Of a stretch of DNA of 64,000 nucleotides, positions 1-14,800 are shown piece after piece. The position numbers and the translations under genes were made by a program. Within the stretch, counting starts at the first letter, position 1. Each line of letters begins with the position of its first letter. The stretch is from Lama glama (lineage: Eukaryota): positions 75,890,001-75,954,000 of the forward strand of contig CM052816.1 of NCBI GenBank assembly GCA_028534125.1, written 5' to 3'. The notes beneath the pieces are model-generated. The model saw only the letters and a list, made by a program, of their open reading frames with translations, was not told where the DNA came from and did not search any database.

Positions 1-1513
1 GAATGAATTTGAATATTTCCTCACAACAATGAAATTTATTGTAAGAAAACATACCCATCCAATTTTCTTTGGACAGTTTTCTTCAAGGGATCTGAGTAGT
101 CCAAAGTACTCAACTAAATATTTGTAAATTCTCAGAGTATAAACATTATCATTATTAATGAGCAATTTAGTGTTTGTTATAGCCTGTGTATTAATTTTAG
201 GTAAAATATTAGGTAAATATTAGAGTGGTCTTACATGCTATATATGCACCAGCCTTTTAGTAATCTACAATATTTGATCATATTTATTTTTTGATTTGAA
301 GGATAATTTTATTATATCCAGGAGTTCTGGGATACACACACACACACACCCACACACACATAAGCTTTATTTTCTCACCTATTACTGTGGGCATGTATAT
401 AATTAATTTTGTACAATTGTATTCTGAACCAGTTTTTCTTGGTTTAGAATACAGTATGTAATTAAATATGGCTTTTGGGAGGAAATAAATCATATAGATT
501 CCCAGAACATACTATGAGTGAAAATGCTATCTCTTTCTCTGAGAGTGTTGCATAATATTACTCTACACTCACACACACACACACACACACATGCACACGC
601 ACATTATGATGACCTTATGATGTGCAGTAGGGAAAGTTTATTTTTGCAAAAGCCATGCATTCCAGTGTAGCTAGGGAATCACTGAGTGCTCTGCTCAGCT
701 GTTTGGATTTTGTGCCACAGGGAGCCAATTAAAGTTTTTCACAGAGGAGTGAGATAAGAGATGCTTTAGGAAGATGATTCCAGAAGGAATTGGAAGCAGG
801 AAGAAGATGTAGAAGCCCAAAGTGGCTCATGTGCTACAACTCTTGAAACTCATAATCATCTCTGTAGAACATTATGAACCATTGTTATATTAAGCTTAAA
901 ACAACTAAGACTATAATCTTGTGTTATAAACACCACCTCATACCAAATTCAAGCACAGACAAGCTGCGGATTTGTCAAAGTTTTAAGAAAAAATATGGGG
1001 CAAACACATTCCATTGGACAAAAAAATAATAATCCATTAATTGTCTTACCTCCTGAAAAATCTTAAAAGAAAGCCGCTAAGATTTGATTTAAAAAGAAAT
1101 CTCAAGCCATGTCTTGGAACCTCAGTGTTCTACAGAAGGGAACCTTGAGAGCTTTTTATTCTGCTGTTTCTCTTGGCAATGAAGACTTGAATAGAAAGGA
1201 GATAATAAGAGCCAGAAAATAAGGGATTTTGTGAAGAAGTTGACAAATGACTGATGATGGATGATGAGGGGCAGATAAGTGCTAAAATATTAATGGCTCT
1301 TACGTGGAAATCCTTTTTAACGAATCCAAAGCTTCCATTCTGACTTGGAATTGGTGATAGATCCCTCATGTTTGGTAATCTTCCTTTTAACGTTTCTTTC
1401 TTTAAAAAGCAGTCATATGTTCATAGGTAGGAACAGATAGAGAAAGCACTCTTAGAAACCACACTTGTCTTATCTCTCAGTATTCATGCTGCACTGCTAC
1501 TGTTCAGAATCAC

Positions 1514-2013
1514 NNNNNNNNNNNNNNNNNNNNNNNNNNNNNNNNNNNNNNNNNNNNNNNNNNNNNNNNNNNNNNNNNNNNNNNNNNNNNNNNNNNNNNN
1601 NNNNNNNNNNNNNNNNNNNNNNNNNNNNNNNNNNNNNNNNNNNNNNNNNNNNNNNNNNNNNNNNNNNNNNNNNNNNNNNNNNNNNNNNNNNNNNNNNNNN
1701 NNNNNNNNNNNNNNNNNNNNNNNNNNNNNNNNNNNNNNNNNNNNNNNNNNNNNNNNNNNNNNNNNNNNNNNNNNNNNNNNNNNNNNNNNNNNNNNNNNNN
1801 NNNNNNNNNNNNNNNNNNNNNNNNNNNNNNNNNNNNNNNNNNNNNNNNNNNNNNNNNNNNNNNNNNNNNNNNNNNNNNNNNNNNNNNNNNNNNNNNNNNN
1901 NNNNNNNNNNNNNNNNNNNNNNNNNNNNNNNNNNNNNNNNNNNNNNNNNNNNNNNNNNNNNNNNNNNNNNNNNNNNNNNNNNNNNNNNNNNNNNNNNNNN
2001 NNNNNNNNNNNNN
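1514..2013. other. Assembly gap (500 N)
   Basis: Run of N; the poly-X ORFs spanning it are artefacts. Confidence 0.99.
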
Positions 2014-2654
2014 ATATATATACACATAAAGAAAAAAAGGGAGATACTATGATATGAAATGTTAAGTCATCTCTTAAAACACTGAGTACACAAAGAACTG
2101 GTTTTAATTCATCTCAGTGGGCTTTAACTTTCAAAGGAAACTCTCCCACGAGATGTTAGAAGGGGCCAAGCTATGTGAATAAGTATCAACTGGGGCCAGT
2201 CTGTTTTGCTGTGGATCTCCCTCTGCCACTCTGAGCTAGATTCCAGCACTACCTACAACTGCATAAACTGACAGTGAAAGTAAGTGAAAAAAGTGGACTC
2301 CTGTGCACTTTTAGGAGAGTGAGTTTGAAATCACATACATGGAGTGCTGTAATAGAGAGTCAGAGTCCTGCCTCATGAAACATAACTCTGAGGGAAACGT
2401 GTCTAGAATTGACCATTTTTATCTTGACACATAAAGACTTTATGAAAGGGATTGAGGAAAAATAACTTTTGATATTTGTAAGACATAGAGAGGAGATTTG
2501 AGGCAAGGTTAAAGGGCTCTTTATTATATATATAGGTATATGTCATATATAGAACCATATATGTATATGTGTTTATATATATAATACTAATACATGCAAA
2601 AGATTTATATATATGTATGCATGTATAGATAGATGTGTTTTATGTGAGTACATA

Positions 2655-2805
2655 TTTTTGACACCTTTATTGTGGTATGATTCCTGTACAGTAAACTACA
2701 CATATTTCAAATGTACAATTTGATCAATTTTGATAGATGTATACACCAATGAAACCACAACCACAATCAAGATGGCTAACATTTCCACCAGTCCCCAAGA
2801 GGTGC
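2655..2805 (-). mobile_element. Old L1 (L1MB/MC-like) 3' end fragment
   Basis: tttattgtggtatgatt...gtacaatttgatcaattttgatagatgtatacacc...accacaatcaagat resembles the antisense 3' end of L1M elements. Confidence 0.7.
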
Positions 2806-3340
2806 AATTTTCCAATTCCCAATGTATTCTTTCCCACCCCAATCCCTTCTGATAACCGTAAGTTTGTTTTCTGTCTGTGAATCTGTTTGTTTTGTAAATA
2901 AGTTCATTTGTATCTTTTTTTTTTTTTTTTTAGATTCCACATATAAGTGATATCATATGGCATTTTTCTTTCTTTTTCTGGCTTACTTCACTTAGAATGA
3001 CAATCTCCGGGTCCATCTATGTTGCTGCAAATGACATTATTTTACTCTTTTTATGGCTGAGTAATATTCCATTGTATAAATATACCACATCTTCTTTATC
3101 CAATCATCTGTCATGAACATTTGGGTTGTTTCCATGTCTTGGCTATTGTAAATAGTGCTGCTGTGAACATTGGAGTGCATGTGTCTTTTTGAATTATATT
3201 TTTCTTTGGATATATATATATGCCCAGGAGTGGGATTGCTGGATCATACAGTAAGTCTATTTTTAGTTTTTTAAGGAACCTCCATACTGTTCTCCATAGT
3301 AGCTGCACTAATTTACATTCCCACCAACAATGTAGTGTGT
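2806..3340 (-). mobile_element. Lineage-specific L1, ORF2 C-terminus plus 3'UTR fragment
   Basis: ORF 3111..3344 reads [39 protein letters not shown], the L1 ORF2p C-terminus. The 3'UTR motif ttagattccacatataagtgatatcatatgg is present. Confidence 0.95.
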
Positions 3341-3959
3341 GCATATTTATCTAGTGTAAAAAGAAAGCACAATGGCCATAATCATATATTTTAAAGCAAA
3401 ATGGAAAAACTGACAAAATCTCTTCAAAGTGATTTTTGAAGGATTAGTGAGATTTTTAATATATTCATATGGACCTTTATAGTTGAAAACCAGAAGAATC
3501 TAAGGCAAGCCTCTCAAGTTATTCCCCCACTGTGAAATAAAGACAAGCAGTGGTGTCTTAGAGGAAATGGCTTAGTACAATCTTAACCTCACATTAAACC
3601 TGTATTCTAGAATAATTTTTTGAAAGAATACATCAAAGCATATGAAACTGGTGGCTAATTATATTATCATTAGTCTACAGTAACATAGCGTTATCATTCT
3701 TCATAAAATACTGTGAAATAAGTATGTTGAGAATATTTAATTATGTGGATGAGTGAAATAATAAAGGAAAATTGCTAGTTAATTGCTTTCCTTAGAGATG
3801 CTATTAGGGATGGCGGGTGCCAGGCACTCTCATGATTCATCCTAAAGAGATATGCGGTTGGGCTGCTGTCTTTGGAATTCATCTGGGGAAACCAGGAGGG
3901 AGAACCAGGACTTGCCTGCACAGATCTTTCAGAGTGCTTTATTCTCTGTAATGTGCCAC

Positions 3960-4212
3960 TGCCTCTGGGATGCCTCTCCTGACCTTCAACTGGAATAACT
4001 GGTCTTACCCCTTCTATGAGCTCCACACGCTTTGCAGATAACTCTATTATGCTTCTTAGCACATGGTAGTTTAATGATTATTCTATGTGTTTGTTTCTCT
4101 TTCCAAACTGGGAGCTCGTTAGAAACATGATCATGTTCTACTCTTCCCAGTCCCCAGCTCAGGACCTGACACAGAATGAGTGCTTGATGCAGGTCTGTGG
4201 AATGAATTGAAA
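3960..4212 (+). mobile_element. L2 3' end
   Basis: Ends cctgacacagaatgagtgcttgatgcaggtctgtggaatgaattgaa, a degenerate L2 tail. Confidence 0.7.
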
Positions 4213-5286
4213 AGCCTCCTCAGAGAACTAAAAGCAGGGACTTGGGAAAGTGGGTCTGAGATGAAAGTTCTGTCATTGTTCTCCTTTCATGAGCATCTGA
4301 AACAATTCCACTATCTTTAAAAAGATTTGCCTAAAGAGATTCAGTCTATTGACAAACTTCTCCACTTCCTTATTTTCTCCGAAAGAAAAAATTCCATTTC
4401 TCTCTCTTCAAATTTCCCACTGGAAATATATCATTTGAAGCTATTTAGAACAGCGGAACCCTCTCTAATTCAGGATCTAACATGGAAAAGATCAGTTGTC
4501 TTTTGTAGATGATTTACATTATCTTAAATACTCTGTAAATGTGTCTGTTGAATTGCATCATTTACCCTAACATGTAGATTTAGTTGGGTGTGACAGGAAG
4601 AAAGGAAAGGGGAAGTGGTCTACAAAGCAGTTGAACTGTGATGCCCCTTCTTAATATAAAGTTCTAGGATCCTAAGAAAATGTGTATCATAACTTTATCT
4701 CAAATTACTTTTCATCTATGCACTGTAGATTTTGGCGCCCAGCTATGCTCAAGGGGACATATCTAAAGGGTACATGCCTATAAAAAAAAAAATTTGGAGT
4801 CAACAGGGGAGGAAGATGTATCCCACCTGAATACACAATGTATAAGAATTAAGATTACAAAATGAACTTTATTAAAGAAATCATACAGGAAAACATGGAA
4901 AAAAGGAGAGAATTGAAAAAAAAAGATGTTCAAAAAGTAGGAGCACAGGTGGCTTATCCTTAAACATGAAAGAAAATAAAAGCTGGATTCTGAAACTATC
5001 TGTTAAGGATCTGTTCTATCTTTGCAGATAATAAAAAATGGGAATAGTTTCTTAGAGAAAATCTGCCAGTTTTGAGAAGAGTGGCAAAAGGAAAGTGGTA
5101 TGTAAATTGCCAGCCAGAGAAATAAACCAGATAGAGTGTTCAGCAGTGGTGACACTGAGAAAGTAACCTATGGCTGCAGGGAACTGGCATGATTACTCTC
5201 CATCTACCTGTCTCTTGCATACTGAAATGAACACCAAGTGTTGCACCTAAGGAGAAAAGAAGTGTGAAATTGAGAGTAAATGTCCT

Positions 5287-5290
5287 ATAC

Positions 5291-5346
<56 letters not shown>
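5287..5346. repeat. (TACACA)n hexanucleotide microsatellite
   Basis: About 9-10 tandem TACACA units; source of the MCMCMC ORF on the - strand. Confidence 0.95.
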
Positions 5347-5347
<1 letters not shown>

Positions 5348-7329
5348 AGGGGCTTTAACTACAGAGAGGTAACTGTTGATGGATTGCTTTGGAACTCACC
5401 TCTTTAGCATGATCTAGCTCTTGGTCCCATTTCTCTAAAATCATTACTTGGCTTATTAGTCTGGATCAATGTATGTGGGTGGGTGGGTGGTTTTGTGTTA
5501 CAGAGACAGAAACTTAGATAAAGACAGAAAGTTACAGAGGAAGAAAGATAGAAAATGAGAAGAGGTATTTATTCAGAGTATATCCCACAATGTGCCAATT
5601 ATATCCCTGGTTGATGTAGGATGAGAAGGACAAGAGTGTGAAATATCAAATGGCTTAATATTTAAACTCCTGTTTCATCTAAGCATTTGCTTACATTTCA
5701 GAGATTTATTTTGAATACCAGTCTTAATGTCAAAAATTAGATTAGAAAAATCACATTTGGCTTATAGACTTGGATTGGGATTTCATGTCATTCATCTTCA
5801 GTTTCTCCAAATATGTGAAATGTCCAAAATTTGTTGTTAACAAGTATTCTGAGATAACCATGACAATCTGGATAAAAACCACTGCGTTGGAAAAAGGATA
5901 AATTGGCACTAAATTATATCACATGAAGACCTTTCCTGTAGCTTTTCATTTCCCCTCCTTTTGTTTTATTTAGTGCCCCACATATTCAAGGTGTTCCTAA
6001 AAAGAGCTTAACCTGATTTAACTGATTTATCAATATAGTAATAAATGAGCATCTTTTGTTTTTATTTGACTTGGTCCCATTCCAACCCTGAAGTGCAGAC
6101 TTTGCTTTCATAATTTTGAAGATAAGCAAACTGAGACTCATAAAGTTTAAGCAACTATGTTAAAGGCTGACGGCTGGCCAGCTCCATGAACAACCTGTCC
6201 TCTTTCCACTACACAGCATTGCTGAATATCAGTCCACAGTCATTTGAAGCCTCCAGCTTGGTGTCTTGAAGTACAGGACTTCTGCTAATTCACCTGATGA
6301 TGGGGATAGCAGTCATGAACAGATGGTGTTGTTTCCACCTATATATAGTTTCCACCTGAGTATAGCTTCAATTTCATATTCTGTTTTTTTTTTCCCTTAG
6401 TACGTTTCTGACTGCAAATCTGGAAAGCTCTTTCTCAATAGGCCAGGTTGCCAGATTTATGCTCTAAAGCAGATTCTGAATTAGTTTGCCATATGCATGG
6501 AGTTAGTAGGAACCACTGTTTTACCCAAACATTTGACTCCTTGCTCCCTATTTTAAAAGAGACATTATGTCACAAAGATGATTTGATGGTGGGGAGGGTG
6601 CAGAGGCCATTGTTCCTAAGCTCTTTGATCTTGATGTTGAAGCGGGGTTCTGATCTTTACTTCAGAGCTCTTGTAGTCTTCCCAGGACATTATCTGCAGC
6701 ATCTCAAGTACAGGGTAGAAATTCTTTGGCCATCCAGTTTGCTACAAATGAGAGCTGAATAGGGCTGATTGGCAGTAAATAGAAGAAAACATTATGTGGG
6801 GTTCTCTGTGAAACTTTTAGACTTCAGACGTCATAGATTTTTGCAGTTCCTAAGGGCAAAAATGAAGTTACTCTCTTTTCTTTGTCTTCTTTCCTCCTCT
6901 CTTATCCTTGTCAAATCCCAGCAGGGCATAGTGGACATTGGTGTTTGTTTATTATTGACATGAGAGGTGGTGCTTCTCCATCCAGGAGAGGACCTGTTGA
7001 CTTGGGGATAAATCCATGGAGACATTCAAATGCCAAAACCAATAATCATTCTCCTCAGCTTTGATTCTAGTTGGCAAGACTCACAATGTCACCATTTAGT
7101 TACATAGTACGATATCTATTACATGCTTGGCCTCAGAGGGGCCACACACGTGGCCACCTCTGTTGGTTGCTTACCTTCCAGGCCAATGGACCTAGCCCCT
7201 GATTCAAAGTCACATTTTGTGAAAAGCAATTGTGACAGTCTTGTTGCTCCTTGTCAGTGATTTGTCTGGATGGGTGTATCCTGTTTTGGAAAATAAGGGT
7301 AAGTAATATGTTGGAAAAGTCCTACTACT

Positions 7330-7572
7330 GTGGGAGGACAGGGTGTTTGGAGCTTTCATAAGCTCTCTTTGACCTGAAGGGAAAACATTAAATACATAGC
7401 AAGGATGGCCAAGCAGAAAATTTGAAGGAGCCTGCATCCTTGATGATATTATTAAGCCATTGATTCAATCTTGGGATGGCTTCTCTGGTGTTTTGTTAAG
7501 GAATGTTCTTGTGGCTTAAGCCTACAAGTTATGTTTTCTGTTACTTATGGCAAAAACTATTCCTAACTGATA
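7330..7572 (+). mobile_element. Old MaLR LTR (MLT1J/K-like) fragment
   Basis: gaaggagcctgcatccttgatgatatt...ttaagcc...ttttctgttactt...cctaactgata resembles an MLT1 3' end. Confidence 0.6.
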
Positions 7573-9342
7573 GAATATCCTGAAAGGGATTGTATATTAG
7601 TTTGCTTTTCATAACTTTCAATTTCACAGTAAAGAAGCTCTTACACTATAATTAAAAGGACAATCTATTCATGCAGCAAATGGCAGAATCTAATTAAAAA
7701 ATCGAGAAGACACTTGAATATTGTGTTAAGAAACTAAACAAGAAATTAATTTAGCAAATATATAACACATAAGTGTGCCTTATTAGCTCATTCCAATTAT
7801 CTTTAGTTGATAGATTACCCAAGCTTAATTATCATCCTCCTATACCACATTAACATGTATATTTATAGCAGATTTTGATATATGGACATTTGTAGGTCAG
7901 TTGAAACATCAATGGCTACGTAAAGCGAGAACCTATTTCAATACATTTAAAATAACAGAGCACCGGTGGAGGCAAATGTGAGGGTAAATTCTGAAAAAAC
8001 AGGCCCCAAACTAACAGATTATTCCTGATTCTCAATATATCTGTGGCCAGAGGGTTGGCGAGCCAGGGTAAGTGTCCTTTCTCTGCCCAACTCTGCTCTC
8101 TGGTGAAGAGCAAGGGAATAGGAAAAGATTCAGAGGCTTAAGGATGATGAGTGAGAGGAAAAATGTGGGAGGCTTGGATATGCCGTTAACTAGAAAACAG
8201 TTGTCTAAGTATTTGAACCTCCATTACACGTAGATTTTCTCAAAGACACTCACACATTACTCAGGAATGCCTGGCATCGGCACTGTAAATAGAACATCAG
8301 TGCCCAAATGCTGAAACAACAATTGCTCTTGGGCCAGCACATTCTCTTCCCGAAGGAAAGCAAACCCAAGTCTTTAAGGATTGTTAGAGGAAGGATATGA
8401 TTTTCTCATGACTCAAAGCCAGCTGTGAGGGCCTTCAGTGCAGTTTATGCTGCTTCTGTTCCCTTCTCTCCCACCTTTGGCATGCCTACAATTGGATGGA
8501 GTGCTTTTCCTGAAATGGCCATCACTATTAAATCCATTAGCTGGAAACCAAAATGTTTCCCTAATTGTTTAAAGTCTCATTGAGAAGAGGAAGTGTCTAT
8601 TGATTGGAATAGGAGGGGAAACCATCCCAAGTTCATCAGTCTCTTCCTTCGTATAAACACTGTTAGAAGAGAGCGGCATACTCAAAGTCGTCAGATTTAC
8701 TTCTCCAAAGATTCTTGGTCTCCACTAGACATTTCTAGTACGGGTTTCTTGGTGCCAGTCATTCTGTTTTTATTTTCTGTATTTGCTGACCACTTTCTGT
8801 TAGTTTTCTTCTTGGGCTTGTTTTTTGTGCTTTGTATCTTTGCCTTGTCTTCCAAATTTTTATTAGTTTCCAGTTATTTTTAATACCAGATCTTCGAACC
8901 CTCACTGTCTTTTAGAAAGTTGGTTGGCTGAAATTTACTCCCGGAAAATGGCACATCCTTTTCTCTCTTCTCCAACAGCTATTTCAGTTCCTCTCAAGTT
9001 CTCACTTTTAGTTATTGCCGGATGTTTGGAATACTGATGACGCATCTCTTTGGCTATGGTCCTTAGTGCCTGACACTTGGGGGGGGGGTGCTTAATATTT
9101 TTTTGAATGAATGAATACATTCAGATGCTTTAAAAAATCTCATTAAAAAATCATCTTGACCAAATAGAGTGATCCAAATAAAAAAAGTCAAAAATGAGGA
9201 CTTTTGCTGTGGTTAGACAGCATATTATTTGTTCTAGAGGCAGTCTCTCTTCTCTGATCAATCTTTGCTTTTCTCTTTTTCTAAAAAATTTATTTAGGGC
9301 TCCGTTTAATAAAGGATGAAACCACGTGATCTCTAAGACACT

Positions 9343-9457
9343 GTTTCTGGAGTGGTGGGTAACTAGGTTTCTTTATTACAAGGAAGATACTAGGGATTAA
9401 ATTTAGGACGTTGTGCATGCTAAGCACGCACTCTACCCCTGAGCTATACCCTCTCCT
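9343..9457 (-). mobile_element. tRNA-derived camelid SINE (Vic-1-like)
   Basis: Reverse complement begins ggagagggtatagctcaggggtagagtgcgtgcttagcatgcac. Flanked by the 11-bp TSD tctaagacact (9332-9342 and 9458-9468). Confidence 0.9.
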
Positions 9458-10954
9458 TCTAAGACACTTTTCAGGTCTCTGAATCTAAATCTTATCCCTG
9501 TTTTTTAAAATAAAGTAAATCTCTGCTTTTCTCTTCACTGAACCAAGAGTGTTGGACAATTCCTGAGCAAAAAGGAAAAGTATGTTTTTCACTTAAAAGG
9601 GTTTATAATCTAGGTAATACAAATCCCAATAAATATGACATTACCAATTAATATGCTTTATAACTTTGATATTTCTAAATGGGAGCTATAGACAAATATT
9701 ATTAAACCTTTTTTTTCATACTCTGGCTACATTATTCACATTAAAGGAAATTTAATTTGCTTACAGAAAACTTAAAATAGAAGACTGCTAGTCCAGGACA
9801 TTTTCACAGGTGTAATGAAAATTATGGAGTAACTGAAGATTGGATTTAATCAGATTGTAATAGCACCCTTGGCAGACAGTATTTAATTTCTCCTTAGCTC
9901 CTTAATTATATCGCTTATGACATTGAGAGAAATTGCTGTATTTGATAATATAACATTGAATTTCATTTGACAATCATGATAAAGTGTAGAGCAACAAGTT
10001 TGCACTTCTGTTCCCTGGTGTTGACATTCAGGTATCGTCAGTTTCCTAAGTGCTTTAAATTATATGGTGGAGCAGCTGCCAAAATACTTGAAAGGAGAAT
10101 AAATAGAGATAGATTTAGTGACTCCCATTTGGCAATGATTTCACGGGAAGAATGATAGCCTGTTACCAAGTTCTAATAGTGAAAATCCAAAGGATTTCCA
10201 GTGTAATCTTTATGTTTTAAATATTGCTTAGTTGTTGAACTAAGATGCCATGTGCTCCTGTGATTGTCTTTGAGCTTCTACACTGAATAATCCGTTAGCA
10301 TAATAAATCTAGAGAGATGAATTAGCTTTTCTTTTTAGCTCTTTCCTAGAAACAGTCCCTAGAAACTAGTGGATAGATTTACCAAAAGATTAATGAAATG
10401 TGGTTTGGTCCAATTGTGTAACTACAGTGCTAGAGTAGGTGCCTCTAATGACACTCTTTCATCCACTTTCTCTTGTGTCAGCAATGAGAATTGCTACGCA
10501 AACTTCTAGACTGAGGACACTGGGGGCAAAGAGGCCAATATGAAGAGTTGCTCCCTTTGCTTTGTTAGGTCTAAGCTATCTGCGGCTCTAAAAGAAATCA
10601 ATCTTTTTATTAAATCTGTTTACTTATGTTCCCTGTTAGTGCTACTTACCTATTATGTGGCAATTTTCTTGAGGGCAAAGACTGTCTGGTTTAATTCCTA
10701 TAACCCATAGCAGAAAACCCATAGATTCTTATGATTGAATTGGACAGGCTGGTATTTTAACTTTTAGTCTGGTAAAATCAAAAGGAAAAAAACTAGATTA
10801 AACCAAGGTGGATTTTAAAAGACTGTCAATATTTTTTCTTAAGGCTCTTAGATCAGAAGCAGGATGTTGCTTTGGAGCTGACCATTTCTGTGTCCTGGGA
10901 GAGATTCCATTGTAAGAACACTTGGTCATGCAGGTGTGAAGCAAGTCAAACCAG

Positions 10955-11150
10955 GCAGCATGTATTGAGTACTTTAGGATGTGCTGGCACTGTTCTAAAT
11001 GGTCATAATTTACTGAAGTCTCACAACAACCCTAAGATATAGGTACTATTAATATCTTCTTTCTATGAATAGGAAACTGAGGCATAAGTCAGACGGTGGG
11101 AGTGATGGACCTGGGATTCAGAATCAGGACATCAGGCTACAGAGCATATA
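10955..11150 (-). mobile_element. MIR SINE
   Basis: ctcacaacaaccctaagatataggtactatt...gaataggaaactgaggcat is the antisense MIR core. Confidence 0.85.
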
Positions 11151-11336
11151 TGAATAGATTGTCTTAAATGACCCCCATGCCCATATACCTTGGAATGGCT
11201 CCCAATAGTGCCAAAGGAATCCAAAATCATCTGTTTCAGATGAAGACTTTGAATATTATGTCTTATAACATAAAAAGCTATCCTTTGGAGGAGACTGTCT
11301 CTCTTCAGAAACTGTGTATATGTACGTATCTATTTA

Positions 11337-11855
11337 CTACAGCAGACAGAATAATGGCTACACAGAGATGTCTATGTCCCGATCTCTGGAGCCTGTGGGT
11401 ATGTTATATTACATGGCAAAGAGGAATTAAGGTTGCAGATGCAATTATGATTTCTAATTAGCCGGCTCTAAAATTGGGAGATTATCCTGGATTATTCTCT
11501 TGGGTTCAGTGCAGTCACAAGGGTTCTCAAAAGCAGAATTGGGAGTCAGAAGAAGAGTCACTATTAGAATTATGAAATATGAGAAAGACTTGACCAGCCA
11601 TTGTAGGCTTTGGATGGATGGAAGGGGCCACGTGCCTAGGATTGCGGGCACCTTTTAGAAGCTGAAAAAGACAAAGAAATGGATTCTTCCCCTAGAGCCT
11701 CCAGAAAGGAATGCAGTCCTCCTACATTTTGATTTTAGCCCAGTGAGACCTGTGCCAGACTTCTTACCTGCACTACTGTAAGATAATATATTTGTGTTGT
11801 TTTTAAGCCACTAAGTTTGTGGTAATTTGTTACAGCAGCAATAGGAAACTAATAC
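11337..11855 (+). mobile_element. MaLR solo LTR (MLT1D-like)
   Basis: Contains cagaataatggc...ttacatggcaaagaggaattaaggttgcagatg...ggattcttcccctagagcctccagaaaggaatgcag and ends gttacagcagcaataggaaactaatac. Confidence 0.92.
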
Positions 11856-14800
11856 CCACACTTATTTGCTGTAAGTGAGGAGCTGGCAGTTTCTCTGGTG
11901 GCAGGGAGACCAGAAGTACAAGAAGAGTCACTAGGTCAAGACTGAGACTAGAGGAGCGGACCCTAGAATTTTTTAATTCAAAAGTTAATCCTAAATTTAT
12001 TGAGAGTATGTCAGCGCTGTGCCATGATTCCTTATAATTTTTTGAATGCCCAACACATGAACATGGTCCAAGAGTGAAATAGTGTAGAAGACCATACAGC
12101 AAGAATCATGGGTTTGCTTCTCAATATTTGCTTCTTGAGGCTCCAAGGACAGAAACAGTATTTAACTCATACTTTGGCCTGATCACCTAAGATTTTACCT
12201 TATCACTTAGTGCTTGAGCTTCCATCTTCAGAGGCATCACTGACACTAATGACTGTATGTCCTTCCAGAGGTATTTCACTTTTCTATGAGTATGCGCTGA
12301 TGTATAGCCTTTTTTTTCTTGCACAACAGTAACATGCTAGACATGTGGCCCCTTTGCATTGATTTCTAGCTTCAATTCAGAAACATTTCCATGGTGATGA
12401 ATAGTAAGCAAAACAGAATGTTAATGGAATTGGTGGGAGCTATGCCTCATCTTCCACATTTCATATAGGAATGCCATAAACTGGAACATATCCAGGGGAA
12501 AACAATTAGGAAGGATATATGGTTCACTCAAAAAAAGGTCCTCAAAATGTTTTTTTAATGAATTAGTGCGTAAATTTTAGGTGGCTGGGTAACCAAGCTA
12601 AGATCCTATTCCTAGGCTGTGAGCTTCTTGCAGAAATTCTGGGAGAGAAGAACATAAATTCTTCCCTTTTGTTGGGGAAACCACAGGAATGAGGTAGTTG
12701 GTTTTATAATTGCAGAGCTTAGTCCATAATTAGAAAAGTGCATGTTTGAAGAGTTGTAACTCTCAGTAACTAAACTGCTCTGTGTGATGATGTTGAAAGG
12801 TGCTTATATTGTAGCCAGAGCTGCCTCTCTGTAGACACTAACTGTTAGTTAATTTCTTTTCCCACATGGGAATTTGTGACTGTGGATACAGACACAGTTA
12901 CTTATTCTTGTGGAAATATTTTGCGTGTGTTCATTTTCCCCAGGCAAGGTTAAGTGATAGTAGGTGATAATGAGGTGAACTACTATAGGTGGTCCACAGC
13001 TGAGCTTTGGAAAGATTAGAGATGGGGAAGATGACTCCCTGCCCCGTGTCTTGGACTGGCTTTGATGAGTGATGGATTCTGTGGAACTCTGGATATAGCA
13101 ATACTACTTTAAGGTCCAGGTGACAACGTATAGCATATGATTTGGGGGAAGGGCTTTTCATTCCCCTTTGGCTCAGAGCCCTACTGCTTTCTGGCATTAG
13201 AGGATTAGATGCATCTTGGGCATGGACGTTAGAGGCATCATCTGCATTAGTGGCTGGGGATTTCTTCTGGAAGCTTTGTAAGCATGATCATGCACACACC
13301 CTCACACACACCATCACATACTTATTAAGTTCTTTATCTTTTATACAAACTGAGGTGTACTAGACATACTGTTTTCCCCCCTTGTACATTGTTTTATATC
13401 TTAAAAAAGGAATTGTCAGCAGAATAAAAAGGATTTGAGAATTTATAATGATAATAATGTCATTAACATTTATTGAGCAATTACTATGTGCCAGGTACTG
13501 TGCTGTGTGCTTTGTGTATATACTCATTAATCTCTACAGTTGCCCAGCAGATGTTCATAGATTGCTCATGGTGCAAGGGGTTTATTGTCTAGAGACATTT
13601 TCAAGCGTAGGTAGGTGACTATCTGTCCCCAGTGTTGTGGAGAAGATTCCTACTTTGTCCTTTCCAAGTGTGAACACTTAGGATTCCACCAGTTAATGGT
13701 TGAGTGCAGAGTTGCGTGTTTGGAGTGTTCAGCAATGTTTGTCAGGGACCAATAGAAACTTGAGCTTCTCTTTTGCTTCTGGGTGGTGATTGGTGCAGAT
13801 TAGAAGTGCTGAAGGGAGTTGCTACATGCTGCTCTGTTGAATTAGATCAAGTTCAGAGTGACCTTGCTGTTTCTTGTAGACAGAGGGTGTGGCCATGGTT
13901 AAATCAAGTTACAGAGCAAACTGGAGGTCTGTAGAGGAGACGCTCTTTTTTTCTTTTTATTGTTTGAGAACTTTAAGGCTTCCTCATGTTACAAATTTGC
14001 ACCCAACCTTTTAACCTTTTCTTTAGCTACAATGAAGACAAGTTTCAAATAACAAGTTTAGGTCATCCAGATGTCTTGTAATACGGCTGGTATGACAGTG
14101 CTAAATCAATGCTCACTGAGAAATGATTTTATCAGAGATGTTATTCTTTGTTAATTTAATGAATTTCTATATTAATTCATCAGTGATTTATTTGTCAGGA
14201 ACCATTCTAAATGCTTGAAAAATAACCATTCATCTTTGGAGAGGAAATCACATAAAGATATCAATGCTATGATGGAGATAGGAGATAAATGGGGCAACAC
14301 AGAGGAAGAGTGACTTTTAGGGATGGTGGTGTCACAGTGGCAGGCATGGTTCACCTGGGCTTTTAAGGAAGAATAGGATTTTACTAAGCAAACAATAGAA
14401 GAAAGTTATTCTTTTCAGGGAGGTGATGTGCTTTGTGGCTTGGAGTTGTGAAAAAGAGTGGCACCCTGCACTTGTAGTGGGGGAGCAGTCATAGCTTCAA
14501 CAATGTGGTGGGTTGTGTTTGTGCTGGAGCAATGTGTAATTTTGTGTGGAAGCAGAGTGGTGGGAAGTGACGTTGTGTAACCAAGAAGCTGGAAATTAAG
14601 GAAGAGGGAATCCTATGTAGAAACTAGGCTGGGAATTTTTTTTTTAATACACCTTGACTCACAATTTTAAATGATGGAGTTTAGTAATTAACTTGAGAGG
14701 TTCTCCGGGGGTAAGTAAAAGTGGCTTGCAACAGTTGGATAGAAAATTGCCCTTTTTTTGTCTGAACAGAAGTAAGAAGGCCAACTTGGAATGTGAGGTG

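Noticed and set aside
1465..2052. Long ORFs of 171-195 aa
   Set aside because: Almost entirely translated N gap.
6862..6963. 33-aa ORF with signal-peptide-like start MKLLSFLCLLSSSLILVKS
   Set aside because: The hydrophobicity is explained by a pyrimidine-rich tract; no promoter, donor or homology support.
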